64,000 nt of DNA, from assembly GCA_004764695.1 (NCBI GenBank), contig SMSO01000007.1, positions 868,001 to 932,000 on the forward strand, in the 5' to 3' direction. This document shows positions 31,967 to 44,263 of this stretch, piece after piece. A model generated the notes under the pieces. It did not search any database. It saw only the letters and a list, made by a program, of their open reading frames with translations, and was not told the DNA's origin. Source of the DNA: Schizochytrium sp. TIO01 (taxonomy: Eukaryota > Protista > Bigyra: Labyrinthulomycetes). The translations under genes and the position numbers were made by a program. Position 1 is the first letter of the stretch. Each line of letters starts with the position of its first letter.

Positions 31967-32741
31967 ACTCTTTCACAGTGCTAGCCGCCCGTTCCGAAAT
32001 TATGTCAAGCCTAGATTTCACTTCCAAACAATAACGCCAGCAACGGGAAATTAAAACACAATAATATGAACAGCAAGAACCACCTGGTCTCTCCACAAGC
32101 TATGGAAACCTGCAATGGGCTTTTTCAGCTGCCTCCGGCAGCCCCTTCAGGCCCCGCCCCAGGACAGCCAAGTCGTGTTCAATAGCCTGCTTTGGTTTTG
32201 GCTTTCGCTGCAGTCACTTTGAACTTGGGAGGCTGGCTACTTGATACCACCTCAATTGGCACTCGAGTAAAACTCTGCAACCGCTTCGACGCAGCGGAGC
32301 TTTACGCAGCAGACCCCAGGTCACAATTTGTCTGTAGCAGCGGAACTCCTTCGCTTCGCCCTTTTTCTTCACCCCTTCGTTCCCCGCCACCTCTGCGCTT
32401 CCTCGAGGTCGCTTTCGTTCACGGAGTCCACTTCGGGCACCCTAATGAGAGAATAATTAGTCTGGTCACCGGATCGGATCTGTCTGCGTCAAAATCGGCC
32501 TCAGAGCGTTCTTGCGATCCTCCCCGAGGGAGCGTCTGTCGCTTCGCGGCCCTCCAGGTCTGCTCTCGTTTCGCCCACGAGGTCCTCTGGGCTTCTGCTA
32601 CGAATCCCGAGCCGGGGTCTGCCTGCACCCCAAGCAGCCAAGTCCGTGCGACACAACTCCAATTTTCTTTCTTTCGTCCTTTCTCACAGTAGTACGTCGT
32701 ACGTATCTCTCTTAGATCATGTGCTACTAAAAGGAAGTGTC

Positions 32742-32834
32742 TACATACATACATACATACATACATTCATACATTCATACATTCATACATACATACATTC
32801 ATACATTCATACATTCATACATTCATACATCCAT
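32742..32834. repeat. (CATA/CATT)n compound tetranucleotide microsatellite
   Basis: Directly visible. Confidence 0.95.
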
Positions 32835-33156
32835 AGATAGTACATCAATCGTGAGCGAGTGCCATACTATGACTATCTACTACTCACTAGCATAGTCTCT
32901 CTCTCTTTCTTCCTCTCTGTTTTCAGTTCCAATTTGGTATTTTTTCTTTTAAAGTTACTGGGTTATTTATTACTCTACTCACTCGAGTCTGCCGCTGGCT
33001 TCTGAGCCTGCGGCCTTCCTTTTCCTTCCGCCTGAGCCTGCGAGCGCCTTCGGGCTCCAGACCACCTCCCGCGCCACCCTCGAGCGGCCTCCGAGTCCCG
33101 CCTCGAGCCCTGCTTCGACTTGCAATTGGTTTGGATTCAATCCTAATTATTCGTCT

Positions 33157-33440
33157 AATTGTAATTGTAATTGTAATTCTAATTCTAATTCTAATTCTAA
33201 TTCTAATTCTAATTCTAATTCTAATTCTAATTCTAATTCTAATTCTAATTCTAATTCTAATTCTAATTCTAATTCTAATTCTAATTCTAATTCTAATTCT
33301 AATTCTAATTCTAATTCTAATTCTAATTCTAATTCTAATTCTAATTCTAATTCTAATTCTAATTCTAATTCTAATTCTAACTCTAATTCTAATTCTAATT
33401 CTAATTCTAATTCCAACTCAGACTCAAACTCAAATTCAAA
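33157..33440. repeat. (AATTCT)n hexamer microsatellite (~40 units) with AATTGT and CAAAYT variant edges
   Basis: Directly visible; it generates the spurious poly-IL / poly-EL ORFs. Confidence 0.97.
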
Positions 33441-33559
33441 TACTAAATGAGCTTCCACTGTGCTGGACTCGAGTTGATGAACCTCTGTTGATAGCCCATC
33501 TCGTCACTCAAAGAGTCAAGCTCGTATGGGTACCAATTACTGATACTTATTTGAGGTAA

Positions 33560-35791
33560 TAAGACTATGGAATTAGTATCAGGGGACTCCTCCAAGTAAT
33601 TTAGTGCAAAGCTTTGACACGATAAAGAAGCATCTTTAAGACTCTCTTCAGAATTGGACCATCCATAAAGACGTGGATCCTATGCACCCGTAGCAATACC
33701 ATATCTCATGTGAAAAATTCGAGTCGTAGCGAGATCGAAAGGAATCTGCTGCAAGGTCATGTTGTATAGGCAGTGCAAGCGATTCTTCGCCAGCGCAAAC
33801 AAAACCACTCCAAATTGAGCATTTGATACAACAAATGTGTTATTAGCGTAAATAACTCGCCTTAAATTGGGATATAATGTAGTTATATTTGTACCCACTT
33901 AGACTGTGATAGCTTGCCCATCAGTAACAATTATACATTCCCTTGTGATTTCTTCATCGCTACCGACATTAATCAATGTGCAAGTCTGGATATCAGAAGA
34001 AATGTTCACGCTCACGCCAAGGGGTTCGTAGCAAAGACCAAACGTGCCATTACTGTCCAATTGAATGACAATATTACCGGATGCGAGATAAGGGTCTTTG
34101 CCACTTGTATAACTAGAGCCTGGAATCGCCTCTATCACTGGCCATGCATGCGGTTGGCGCAGAAGTTGGCCCTAATGAAGTAGGAGCCCCAGCAAAGTGG
34201 GATATGGTGTCAGGCTTAGAGTTTATGCATTTGTAGATCGAGGATTGTTGCTCTCTGCCGTTGGGCTAGAAGTAACCACCTCGATGATATTTGCATAGTC
34301 ATCAAAACTACTTGAGGTGGAACTCAACGCTGTTGATGAAGAGCTAGACAATGAATCGCATGCAATTTTTTCACTTGTAAACTTCATATCTACTGATGTA
34401 CTCTGGTTGAGTGGAATACTTACTCCCGTCTCCTGAACAGAAATGTAAATCGCGACTAATACAAGACTAACCATCAGGAGCGGATTGATTAGAACAAACC
34501 ATAATCGGAGAGCACTTATGAGAAAATAACTAGATGTGGAATTACTCTTTTTATGCATGTTTACAGACATGCTTCAATCTATCCAACATTTCTGTTCAAT
34601 TTTCATAGGTATGTTTGTTATATAGCTTCACATGTTCACTCCATCTGTGAGATTTGTGAATATTCAACCCTGGAAATAATAATGTCTACAAAGTGCCATC
34701 GAAATATAGATAAAGTAATAAGAAGTGTTGTTAAAATAGCATTCATGAGAAATGTACCACTGAGCATACTTCTTTCTACCATTTTATTGACGCGGGTGGT
34801 ATTCTCTTGCTTGTTTGTACTATAATACGGAGACTCTACTGCGCTTGTTGATAAGGACGTACTTGATGCGTCATTTACTGGTTTTGCACTCCCATAAAGT
34901 ACTTTAGCTATGTAACTTGCAGCGTGATTATTCGCTTCTTGAAAACGAAGCGCAAATGCGTCGTGGATATCAGGATATCATAGTGTGTGACTCAGCCTAA
35001 CACAGCGCGATAAACGAATGCTGCAGACACATACACAGTATAGGAATCACATACTTGAGCACATTCATCCAGGGATATACTACTTAAAATCTCGACTAAA
35101 TTTTCACTTGAGTTTGTCATGTTTATGATTGGTTCCTGGAGGCCTGAAAAATATTCATCCTTTGTATTATATTCAACAGTGGGTGGATATGTTGGAAACC
35201 TACCGTAGCAAAGATGTGGTTCCATGAGCTAGATAATACATAAGGTTATTCGTATTCGTTGTGTCCAATGAAGCAGGGGAAAACGTTCCGCATAAGTACT
35301 GCTTTCCTCAAATGTTATCGTCTCGCCTATGGAGCAACTCACCAGGTTGCATGTGTACAACACATCAGCACAACTGTTTCTATGTGTAAGGACCTGCATT
35401 TGGAGTCCTCGAGGGCTAATCACTGTTCAACACATGCTTCATATGCCTTCGCGCCAGTTACACGGGCTGCTACTTGAGTGGTATAACCACTATCGCATGT
35501 GTAATATGTAGCAGAGGGAATAACATTCGACTTAAGTGCATCTGTATCAACAAGTCCATACTGACATGTTTCAGTCCAGTTAGAATAATCCAGTGTGATG
35601 TTTACATCAAATATACAGACTAAAACATTACCATATGTAGCATTGACTTCAGACACCTGATCTGATGACGAGCAGCTCCACGAATTGGTTTTCACTGGTG
35701 TGCCAGATGTTTTCAAAATGAGAGTAATTAGAATAATGAAGTAGCAAATGTGTTTAAATATTACTAGGGAGTAAAATTCTTCTCTTATCAC
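33560..35791 (-). pseudogene. Decayed secreted/membrane surface-protein gene(s): signal-like N-terminus, two PAN/Apple-like motifs, TM helices, Ser/Thr and PTxxPT linker
   Basis: Collinear fragments: ICYFIILITLILKTSG; YEACVEQ*LALEDSKCRS and SLDECAQVCDS (PAN-like); TMs MLSGTFLMNAILTTLLITLSIF and LWFVLINPLLMVSLVLVAIYISV; APTSLGPTSAPT in a shifted frame. ORFs 34223-34570, 33899-34138 and 33680-33898 share one frame broken by stops. Confidence 0.6.
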
Positions 35792-36421
35792 CCTCGATGA
35801 GAAATTCTGCCATATGGTATGATAGAACGCTGTGCAATAGGCCGCTTAATTTACTTACAACACACACGAAAAGGTTAGCAATGTTAAAAGTAGCTTGGCC
35901 TTGCACAGCGTATGTGTAATCTAATGCATGCATTACTTTAACTAATCTGTGTCATAACGATATTCAATCGTGAATAGATCATAGGATACATTTCAATCAG
36001 TGTGGCAGCCTTAAAGCTGTGGAAGACAATGCAGCTTGTAAGAACTGATGAATATCCTACCGCTTCACAATCTTGTACCATGACACATATGTTTAAACAA
36101 TCTGATTATTTGGTAACACCTTCAATATAGATTGCAATACCAGTGTCCATTGGCAGTGTGCTGGGATATGTGCTTACATTATAGAATGCTTCAGAATTTT
36201 TAATGAAGAGTAAACACGAAAGTAGGACTTTACGATGGAACCTCATGATATAAACTTACTGTGTGCGGTACAGAGATATTTTTTTATTTTTTTTTCAATG
36301 TAAATATACACCTACATGCCTACGGATAAATATATATATATATATTTTGGTAAATTTTTTTTAAAGCAATAAGAACGGAAACACACGTTGATGCGTCACT
36401 TCATCGTGGCAAGTTAGCTAT

Positions 36422-37193
36422 ATGAACGATAAATGTTCAGTGTATGATGATGCTATAAACATTGTTGCATTTTGTAACAATATGCCTTGGGCTATTCACC
36501 CCCTTGATCGTTTGATAGAAAGTTATTTGACTAAATTTAGTCATGATGTTGTTGTTGTTGCTGGTGTGGACGGTCATAATAAGACCACTCATGTGAAGAG
36601 AACCATCCTGGAGGCATCTGTGAAGAGGAAGGACGTGAGGATAATTTCTATTAACTTTTCAGGAATGTTACATGATGATCTAAATACATTTATGGTACAA
36701 ACTTTTATTGGTGAAACTTCTCCGAGTTCTGCATTATTCACAGCTATTGTTGAACAAATTTTACATCAAAGAGCAAAAGAAAATTGTTCTCGTTTTCGAC
36801 AAATTAGAGACCCTCAAAGGTGTTGGTGGTATGTTTGGGACTTGGGATATCAAGGGTAATTTTAGACGAGGACACGTAAAGCGCTTGCTTTACACACTGA
36901 GCCACATGGGCCCCAATTATGATGTTGAACTTCTTACATTTGTCATGGCCAACGACCCCCTGGTTGCGAAGAAATGCATTCGTACCAATGGTTTGGACAA
37001 AGTGACCATGATTGATCAGGGTTGTGTTGAACGCGTGAAGTTTTCTAGACAGGAATGCGAACACTATATTGCTCAATTTGAGACTGCATATAATAAACCA
37101 AGCGGCATACTTAGGGAAAGGTCATTAAAGGTTTGCATGGAAGCTTCATCGTTTAGGTATTTGCAAAGTGTTAAATTAATGAATTGTAGATAG
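36422..37193 (+). pseudogene. Frameshifted small P-loop NTPase (AAA/STAND-like)
   Basis: ORF 36422 has a degenerate Walker A (VVVVAGVDGHNKTT). The overlapping +1-frame ORF has Walker B KIVLVFDKLE. The junction lies near the A-run at ~36773-36783. Confidence 0.6.
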
Positions 37194-38522
37194 AACTTAA
37201 AATCATCGTATTGGGGTTTAAGTAGCAAATAGCTGATACTTAGTTCCGAATGGGAAGGAGGAGCAAGCAATCCGCTCATAATTAGTTCCGAGTGGGGTTT
37301 AAATATCCAAATTCAAACTCAAATTCAAACTCAAATTCAAACTTCGAATTTCACGCTGAGCAAAGCAAATCTACTATAGCCACCGCTTCGTACAAGGCGA
37401 GTTCCGCGGGGGAAGCCAGTTTTTGGCAATCTATCCGCTCTTCTGTGGACAGCGGGCTAAAGTGCCGTGGAGGGGGGAACCTGGGGTATCATTTGCACAA
37501 CGCGTTTTTGGGATGTTTGCGTTGCGCTCGCGAGATTGGGTCGAGAAATGAACTGAGGTGCAAAATTCATCGTGGCAATAGAAAAGGGCTGGTTTGTTGG
37601 CTGCTCGGTGTCCTTCATTGTGGCGCGGTGCAACAAATTGCGTGCAGGTTGGGCTATCCGTCGGAATGGGCATGAGAGCGCGCGGAGAAACACTTTGCCA
37701 GCTGCACCCTTATTTTCAGGTCTTTCTGTCGCACGAGTGTGTTGAGAACCACAAGTGGTGAGAAAAATTTTATTAAAAAAAAAAAAGAAGAAAGAAAAAT
37801 GGTGCACTACACTTCAACTTGAAGTTTATCCATCGATCTTCAGTTCTGTGGTAGGTGCCTAGCTAGTAGTAGCTCATACATTGATTGATAAGCTCTCATG
37901 GCATAGACATCGGCATAGACATGCACTTCCCAGGTACCCAGTTAGCTAACTAGTTAGCAAGGTAGGTGGTACTACTTTTAGGAGAAATAAATTAAACCTC
38001 GTCTCGAAATGGTGCAGATTTCTGCCAGGACATTTGCTCGCTGCGCATGGCGGACCTTTGGAGGCTTGAACAAGGCTTGCGAGGTTTTCCTCTTTCATGT
38101 GAAGTTGAAGGGACACGGAATTGGAGAACCTAGCGTTGGCTTTTTCCAAATAAAATGGGAAATTGGCGTCACAACAATTTTTGAGAGCCAGGGTATGAAG
38201 ATGCTGAACTAAAGTTGGTCTGGGGGGGCTCTTTCGGCCAGATGGCAGAGTCAGGTAAGCATGGGGCAGATTGACAACAAAATCATGGTTATCACTATCA
38301 AGAGTGCATGACTAACTATCTTACCTTGGCAAGCAAGATGATATGATCATGTGTAGGTGTAGAATAAGTCGAAGCCTTCGCTCATAGTGACGCCAGCCAG
38401 GTCTTGCAGAGAATTATTTTGTGTAGTCCTCAACGCAGAAAAAGCCATTGCCACGAAGCTGAAATGAATCAAGAAGGGCAAAGAAGAGGAGAGAAGCTCT
38501 TCTTGTCTTGTGTGGACTAGTG

Positions 38523-41500
38523 TCATTGGGCGGATGAAGGAGCAGATGGTGATGGCGCAATCGAGCCGGTCATCGAGAATTGCTGCACGCGAGCTTTAAG
38601 AAAAATTGCGCGCACTCGCGGGAGCTCGTGCACGAAGGTCATGATGATCAGCGCGCTGAGAAAGGAAATGGCCACCTTGGATACAAAGATGATAAAGAGC
38701 GGTGTATCATGAAGGGAGTTAAATACATTTCGGTTGTACCTCGCAAACAACAAAAAGCGAGCTGCCTGGTAAAATAGCCAAATAGCGAATAGAGAAGTAA
38801 AACATGTGGACTTACGCTTTTGATGATAGCCATAAAAGCGCAATGCAGTATTGCGTCCTACTGTGTCATCATCGAGAGGCTCCCATAGTAAAAATGCCTC
38901 CATAAAGTAGCGCACGAACGACAAACTGCAAAAGAAGTTAATGAGCGGGGCTGAGTTAATACGCCCGAAGAGAAGAGCATCCTCGCGAATTTGGTTTTGG
39001 CTAGGCGCAAAAAAGGCAAACGTATGGACGCAGATAAAAACGATGAGACCCATGAGATAGGCCTGGTATAGATTGTGATCTGAAATGACACAAATGAGAC
39101 TACCCATGGTGTGAGCACACATATATAGTTCATGTAATAAGTGCGTAAACTCAAAGTACAGCCATCCAGAGTATGGCGACGAACACCAATATCCACGGCG
39201 AAGGTACAAAACTGTAAAATAGACGACAGCGTACAAATGGCATATGACCATTGCCTTGAGGAAGATAAAGATTATCATTGCAAACTCGTAGGCACCAAGC
39301 GTCATGCCAGAATCGGCAGCGCGGCGCACTGGCCCAATATCATCGTTGAAAAGAGCGCCCAACATTCCAGAAAGAGTAAGAGAGATGCTGATAAAAAAAC
39401 CACCAAGCGCTCGGCGATTCCATGTTACATTGTAGGATCGTGTGAAGGCAACAATGCTAGCCAGCGAAGCCACAATAAATGCTTCAATTAAAAAACCACG
39501 GTTCCACGCGATCCGGCAAAAGTTCATGAACCACAGGTATACTTGATAAAAGAGGCCTGGCTTGGGGCGCACAGGATAAGATGGGTCACCAGGATCGCGA
39601 CCAAGACCCCAAAGAATATAGCACCAGAACCGAAGCACTGAAGGATAGTTATCATCACATGATTCAAGGCCGAAGTGCTCTATGACGAGGTTTCGGGAAG
39701 CAGGGGGTTTACCAGTGCTTTCATCACCACTGAATAGTCTCTGAACTCGATCTTGTTCCTCGCGACGGAGTCGGTCCATTCCAATTTCGATATCTCGCCA
39801 GCGCGCCTCGACATTACCATACTGCGCCCACAAAGCATCAAGACGAATCTCTTCGTTCGAGCCTGAAGCAGGGCGTCCAGGCGGGCGTGATGGTTTGACA
39901 AAGCCTGCCAAAATATCGAGCAGAAATTCGGGTGGAGAGACCTCCACCGACATTTCTGAAAACAGAGCGTCGTCAGCGCGAGGCTTCGAGCTTGTGGAGG
40001 TGGACGTGGAAATTTTCGCAGTGTGGTTTTCAAAACGCTTGGAAGTCTGCACTGTCTGGTTGGTGTTCAAGCCTTGTCCATGTTCATAAGTAGTAAATGT
40101 ACCATTGTAATTTGAATTCAACGAAGATTGGTCCTTGTCTTGTTCAGAGCTTTCTAAAGGGCATGAGGATAGTGTTGGACGTTCAAACGCTGGAATATCA
40201 AAGCCAAGCATCTTGAAGTAGTCAAGAACTTCTTCACGAGGCCCAACATACACAGGCCGTCCATCTTGCAGCAAAATGGTATCATTGAGTAAGTTATAAA
40301 TACGGGTTGTTGGCTGGTGTAATACAGCAACGACGGCAACGCCGCTGTCCGCAACTCGTCGGAGCATTCGAACAATGTGATATGCCGCGGCGCTATCAAG
40401 GCCGCTTGTTGGCTCATCCATGATAAGGATACTTGGCTGAGTTATCAACTCGACACCTATGCTGACGCGTTTTGCTTCTCCACCACTGATTCCACCCGCG
40501 CCCTTCATGCCGATGCGAATATTTCGTAGGTGCTGCAAACCCAACATCTCTAAGAGTTCTTCGAGCACCTTGTTCTTATATGCAACAGAAGCCGTACGGG
40601 GAAGTCTTGTCTCTGCCGAGAAGCGAAGAGTTTGTTCAACTGTAAGCTCCGGATAAAGCACGTCGTCCTGGGGAACAAATCCTACACGATCAAGAATAAC
40701 TTCAAGCGAGCGTGGTCGGCCATTCATGTAAACACGTCCAAATTGACGATCACAAAACTTGCGTGAGCGGCCCAGGATGAGATTAGCCAAAGTGGTTTTA
40801 CCAGAGCCGCTGCGACCGAGAATTGCTGTAAGTGTGCCGGGCCGAATGGCACCAGTGACCTTATCAAGAACAGGACCCGGGCGACTTGATATTTCGCAAC
40901 CGACGTTGCGAAACGCGATATGTACAGGAAAGTCTGTGGCATTAGTAATACGGTCCAGCGGCATACCATGTTCGTCGCTGAGTAGCGGCCCTTGAATATA
41001 CTGATCTTCTGTCAGGTAGACCATGCCAGCACTAAGAAGGAAGCCGAGCATAATAAAAACTAGGACTCGCTTCGACGGACAAATGCTTTTGCTCGGGTCA
41101 TCAGCCTTGACAAAGCGGCCTAGCGGGTTATGACCCTGTTCGTCGAGCCAAGCTCTTGCAAGAGATTCGACGAGGCGCAGAATTATATCTGAGGTGCGCT
41201 CGATGAGCCCAATTGTCCATAATGAAGTTGGAAGTGGCAAGTTATTAGCACTTGGGGATCGTTTCAGCAATCTCTCACGTTCATTGTTACTGCAGACTTG
41301 TGCGTCAGATTTATTGATATTTTCACCTGTATGGGAGTCCTCATGAGAAGATCTGGCTGGGTCAGCTTTTGATGCTTGGTCACCTACATCGTTTTGGCCA
41401 GAAGAATATTCTTTAGTTGCAGAGGTCCAAACTGGGGACAAAGAAAAACGGTTTCGGGCTACATCTTGCACATGACCATGAGGGTTCCGTAGCGAGTTTC

Positions 41501-41711
41501 CCTCCTGCTGTAGTTTTCCACTGTAACTCTGGTCTCGTGAGCTTTCTGAATCACTTCTACGGACTTGCTCGGTTTCCTGATCGCGGTTCGCGGCAGGAGT
41601 CGCTTGTGAACCTGAAGAAACCCGAACCGTCGGGGTTCGACTCCGTTTCCGGCGCCGAGGGCCCGTTGTGCGCTGTCTGAGCCGGCCGTACTCTTGACAC
41701 TCGGGCTCCAT
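38523..41711 (-). CDS. ABC transporter G family half-transporter (NBD-TMD) with an extra TM helix before the NBD
   Basis: Walker A GRSGSGKT, Q-loop GFVPQDD, signature ISGGE, Walker B ILIMDEPTSGLD, H-loop LHQP, and a C-terminal multi-pass TMD. ATG at 41711. Confidence 0.92.
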   Translation of the reverse strand: MEPECQEYGRLRQRTTGPRRRKRSRTPTVRVSSGSQATPAANRDQETEQVRRSDSESSRDQSYSGKLQQEGNSLRNPHGHVQDVARNRFSLSPVWTSATKEYSSGQNDVGDQASKADPARSSHEDSHTGENINKSDAQVCSNNERERLLKRSPSANNLPLPTSLWTIGLIERTSDIILRLVESLARAWLDEQGHNPLGRFVKADDPSKSICPSKRVLVFIMLGFLLSAGMVYLTEDQYIQGPLLSDEHGMPLDRITNATDFPVHIAFRNVGCEISSRPGPVLDKVTGAIRPGTLTAILGRSGSGKTTLANLILGRSRKFCDRQFGRVYMNGRPRSLEVILDRVGFVPQDDVLYPELTVEQTLRFSAETRLPRTASVAYKNKVLEELLEMLGLQHLRNIRIGMKGAGGISGGEAKRVSIGVELITQPSILIMDEPTSGLDSAAAYHIVRMLRRVADSGVAVVAVLHQPTTRIYNLLNDTILLQDGRPVYVGPREEVLDYFKMLGFDIPAFERPTLSSCPLESSEQDKDQSSLNSNYNGTFTTYEHGQGLNTNQTVQTSKRFENHTAKISTSTSTSSKPRADDALFSEMSVEVSPPEFLLDILAGFVKPSRPPGRPASGSNEEIRLDALWAQYGNVEARWRDIEIGMDRLRREEQDRVQRLFSGDESTGKPPASRNLVIEHFGLESCDDNYPSVLRFWCYILWGLGRDPGDPSYPVRPKPGLFYQVYLWFMNFCRIAWNRGFLIEAFIVASLASIVAFTRSYNVTWNRRALGGFFISISLTLSGMLGALFNDDIGPVRRAADSGMTLGAYEFAMIIFIFLKAMVICHLYAVVYFTVLYLRRGYWCSSPYSGWLYFEFTHLLHELYMCAHTMGSLICVISDHNLYQAYLMGLIVFICVHTFAFFAPSQNQIREDALLFGRINSAPLINFFCSLSFVRYFMEAFLLWEPLDDDTVGRNTALRFYGYHQKRKSTCFTSLFAIWLFYQAARFLLFARYNRNVFNSLHDTPLFIIFVSKVAISFLSALIIMTFVHELPRVRAIFLKARVQQFSMTGSIAPSPSAPSSAQ

Positions 41712-44263
41712 TGTTGAGAGCGGAGAGGAGAACTGACAACGATCTGGCAAACCCTATATGGTGAACTGACTGATCATTGCATTTTTCTATCTCAAAGCTC
41801 ACTCTCTTTTATTAAGGCTTAGTAGTAGGTAGTAGATACTACTAATTTTTCAAGCCTAAGGTATACTTACTTTGTGTTGTGTTCTACGATCGAAGAGACA
41901 ATCACACGAAAACACTATCACCTGCACAAGCAATTTGCAATTGCAAGATTTCGTTTGCAAGATTACGTTTATCAATTCTTTCAAGCCTGCTTGTGCAGGT
42001 GAAGTATGGTGCTGTCTGAAGTCACTCCAGAAAACACATTTTCTAGGTAGGTAGGTAGGTCGCTTTGATTAACACAATATCGTTCGAGCCAATACACCAT
42101 GAATCGTGATTTAATCAATCAAAAGCGCCAAGCTTATCGATGAGAATCAGGGTTTGGCAGAAGAGGACGTTTTCTTGGGTTGGGATTGGGTTTGGGGATT
42201 TGGGTTTTGGGTTGGGCATTGCTTATTCCTTATTGGTCATGTGAAGAGCTTTTGTTAGTCGAAAGGTATTACGATAGACCTTGAGTCAGACGCCCCCGTG
42301 AAAGTACCCTACAACTGCTTCAAGGTATCAAAGCTAAGACATATTTGCGTGCAAAGTTCACACCCATTTCGCAAATCTAACGCATATAGTAGGGACTACT
42401 GTTACCAAACCAGGTTGTAGTCTAACGTGCTATGTACGGTCGGCGGTTTGAGGTTTGTTGGCAATCCTGCCGCCAGTCACTCACTGCTGCGACGGCACAT
42501 GAACTAAAGTTGGTGGCTGTCAAGATGCTACACTGCGAGCAGTAGAGTGTTGCGTTGCGCTCTGAGTCTATAGCATCACTGATTGTTCTGTCTAAATAAT
42601 TGGCCGAATTTAGGGACACAGCGTTGGACGCAAAAATCTTGAAAGACCTGGCCAGAATAACGAACATTCCAAGATCCTTGTCTAAGTGAGTGAAAAGTTT
42701 GCACCCACAAGTATGAGGGATCTTTAATCCATCAGAAGAGAAAAGAATGTTGACAATGGCGGAAGCATTTCCCTCGTAGACGGTGGACAGAGGGTGGACA
42801 AGAGAGAGAGAGAGAGAGAGAGAGAAGCTTGCAAACTTTGAAGATGTTATGATTCAAAGTTTAGCCATTGTGGCAAGCTCGCGAGCTAGAGACCGCTTCA
42901 ATAATTGGCACAAGACAGAGTCTGTTTTGTATCCGTCTGCTAGACCCAGTACTGATCAATTGAACTCTGGTGAGCTCGTTTTGGTACAAAAACTTATGGT
43001 TGAGTTGTTTTAGAAAAGGTCACTGATGCACATGGTCATTAATTAAAAGTTTAATAGAGCATCTCATACATAATGATGCAAGCTGCTGTCTTCGACTCAT
43101 TGCACTTAAAATGGCCGCTGTGCATTTACCTAAAGTCAAAATTTGTAGAACGGAGGACTTTAGAGAGAGACCTATTGCGATTGCCTGAAACTGGCTAACA
43201 TATGTTTTCTACATTGTATTTGAACTCAAACCAAAAGCAGCTAACCGACAAGTAGGGGTAAAAACGAAAACTCAAGGTGAAGATCTCTCACGAAGGTACG
43301 CGTAGAAAAGCGACATTCTAAGCGATAGCTTTCGGAGTAAATGATTCGGTCTATCAACCTCGTAAGGTAAAAACATTCAAATTTACTAAGAAGTCTTGGT
43401 ATTCTACATGTTCACAAAATATGGATAGTACCAACAATATAAGGTTGGAGACGGAGTTTGCGTTTTAGTTCAACGTTGAATGCTGCAATCGTTTGGAGAA
43501 ATTTGCGAGAAGAATATGCAAAAGGTCTGATTTGCCACAATCACTGGTCAAAGGCTGTTCCTAATAATCTCCCGACCTGAGTAAAAACGGCGTTCCTTCT
43601 GGCCTTGCGATTTGGTATTCTGAGACATTGCCTGTCATGTAAATGTATATCAATTCAAGTGAAGTGGAACGTCCTGCTGCCAATAGCATTCGCTGAAATG
43701 TCGTGTTCTATCACATGATGAGAGATGCGTGATATGTGACTCCATGTCAGCCTTTAGAGGAACAAGAGACTGTAAGCTTTACAGGCAAGAAGTGGAAGGC
43801 TTCCGATGTTCTACTCTTTTGGTAAAATTACGTTGAGTCGGAGACTTCATAAAGTCACAGAATGGCTTATTGGCTTACAGAATTAAGCAAGAGTTATTTG
43901 TGTATTGTTGGAGGCCGATAAAAAGATAAACAACTAAATGATAGGTAAAGCAGATGTTATTGTTGTGTGATTCTAAGTAGTTTTGTTGATGAAGGTTTGA
44001 AATTATGTGTGTTTAAAAGTGAGATTAGACACAGACAATTAGATAGAGTGAGTGGGTGAGTGATGACGACTATGATGAAACGGAAAAATGTAGGGCCGAT
44101 TCACCCAGATAAGGATTTAAAAGAGAGAGAGAGACAGAGAGTGAGTGAGTAAAGGAATGAATGAATAAATCAAAGTATTCGCAACGCAATCAATTTATGG
44201 TTTCTTTTGTGGGTGTATATGTTGTTGTAGGGTGTAGAAGTGGGTAGTTGTGGGTGTTCTTGT

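Noticed and set aside
33131-33559. Poly-IL / poly-EL ORFs
   Set aside because: Translations of the (AATTCT)n microsatellite.
33441-37307. Endogenous virus or intact transposon call for the AT-rich block
   Set aside because: No capsid, polymerase, integrase, transposase or terminal repeats recognised; kept only as an unexplained insertion-like block.
38318-38460. U1 snRNA-like start (ATCTTACCTTGGCA...ATGATCA) with a downstream ATTTTGTG
   Set aside because: The 5' end deviates from ATACTTACCTG, the U1A loop ATTGCAC is absent and no convincing stems form; likely chance in the ABCG 3' region.
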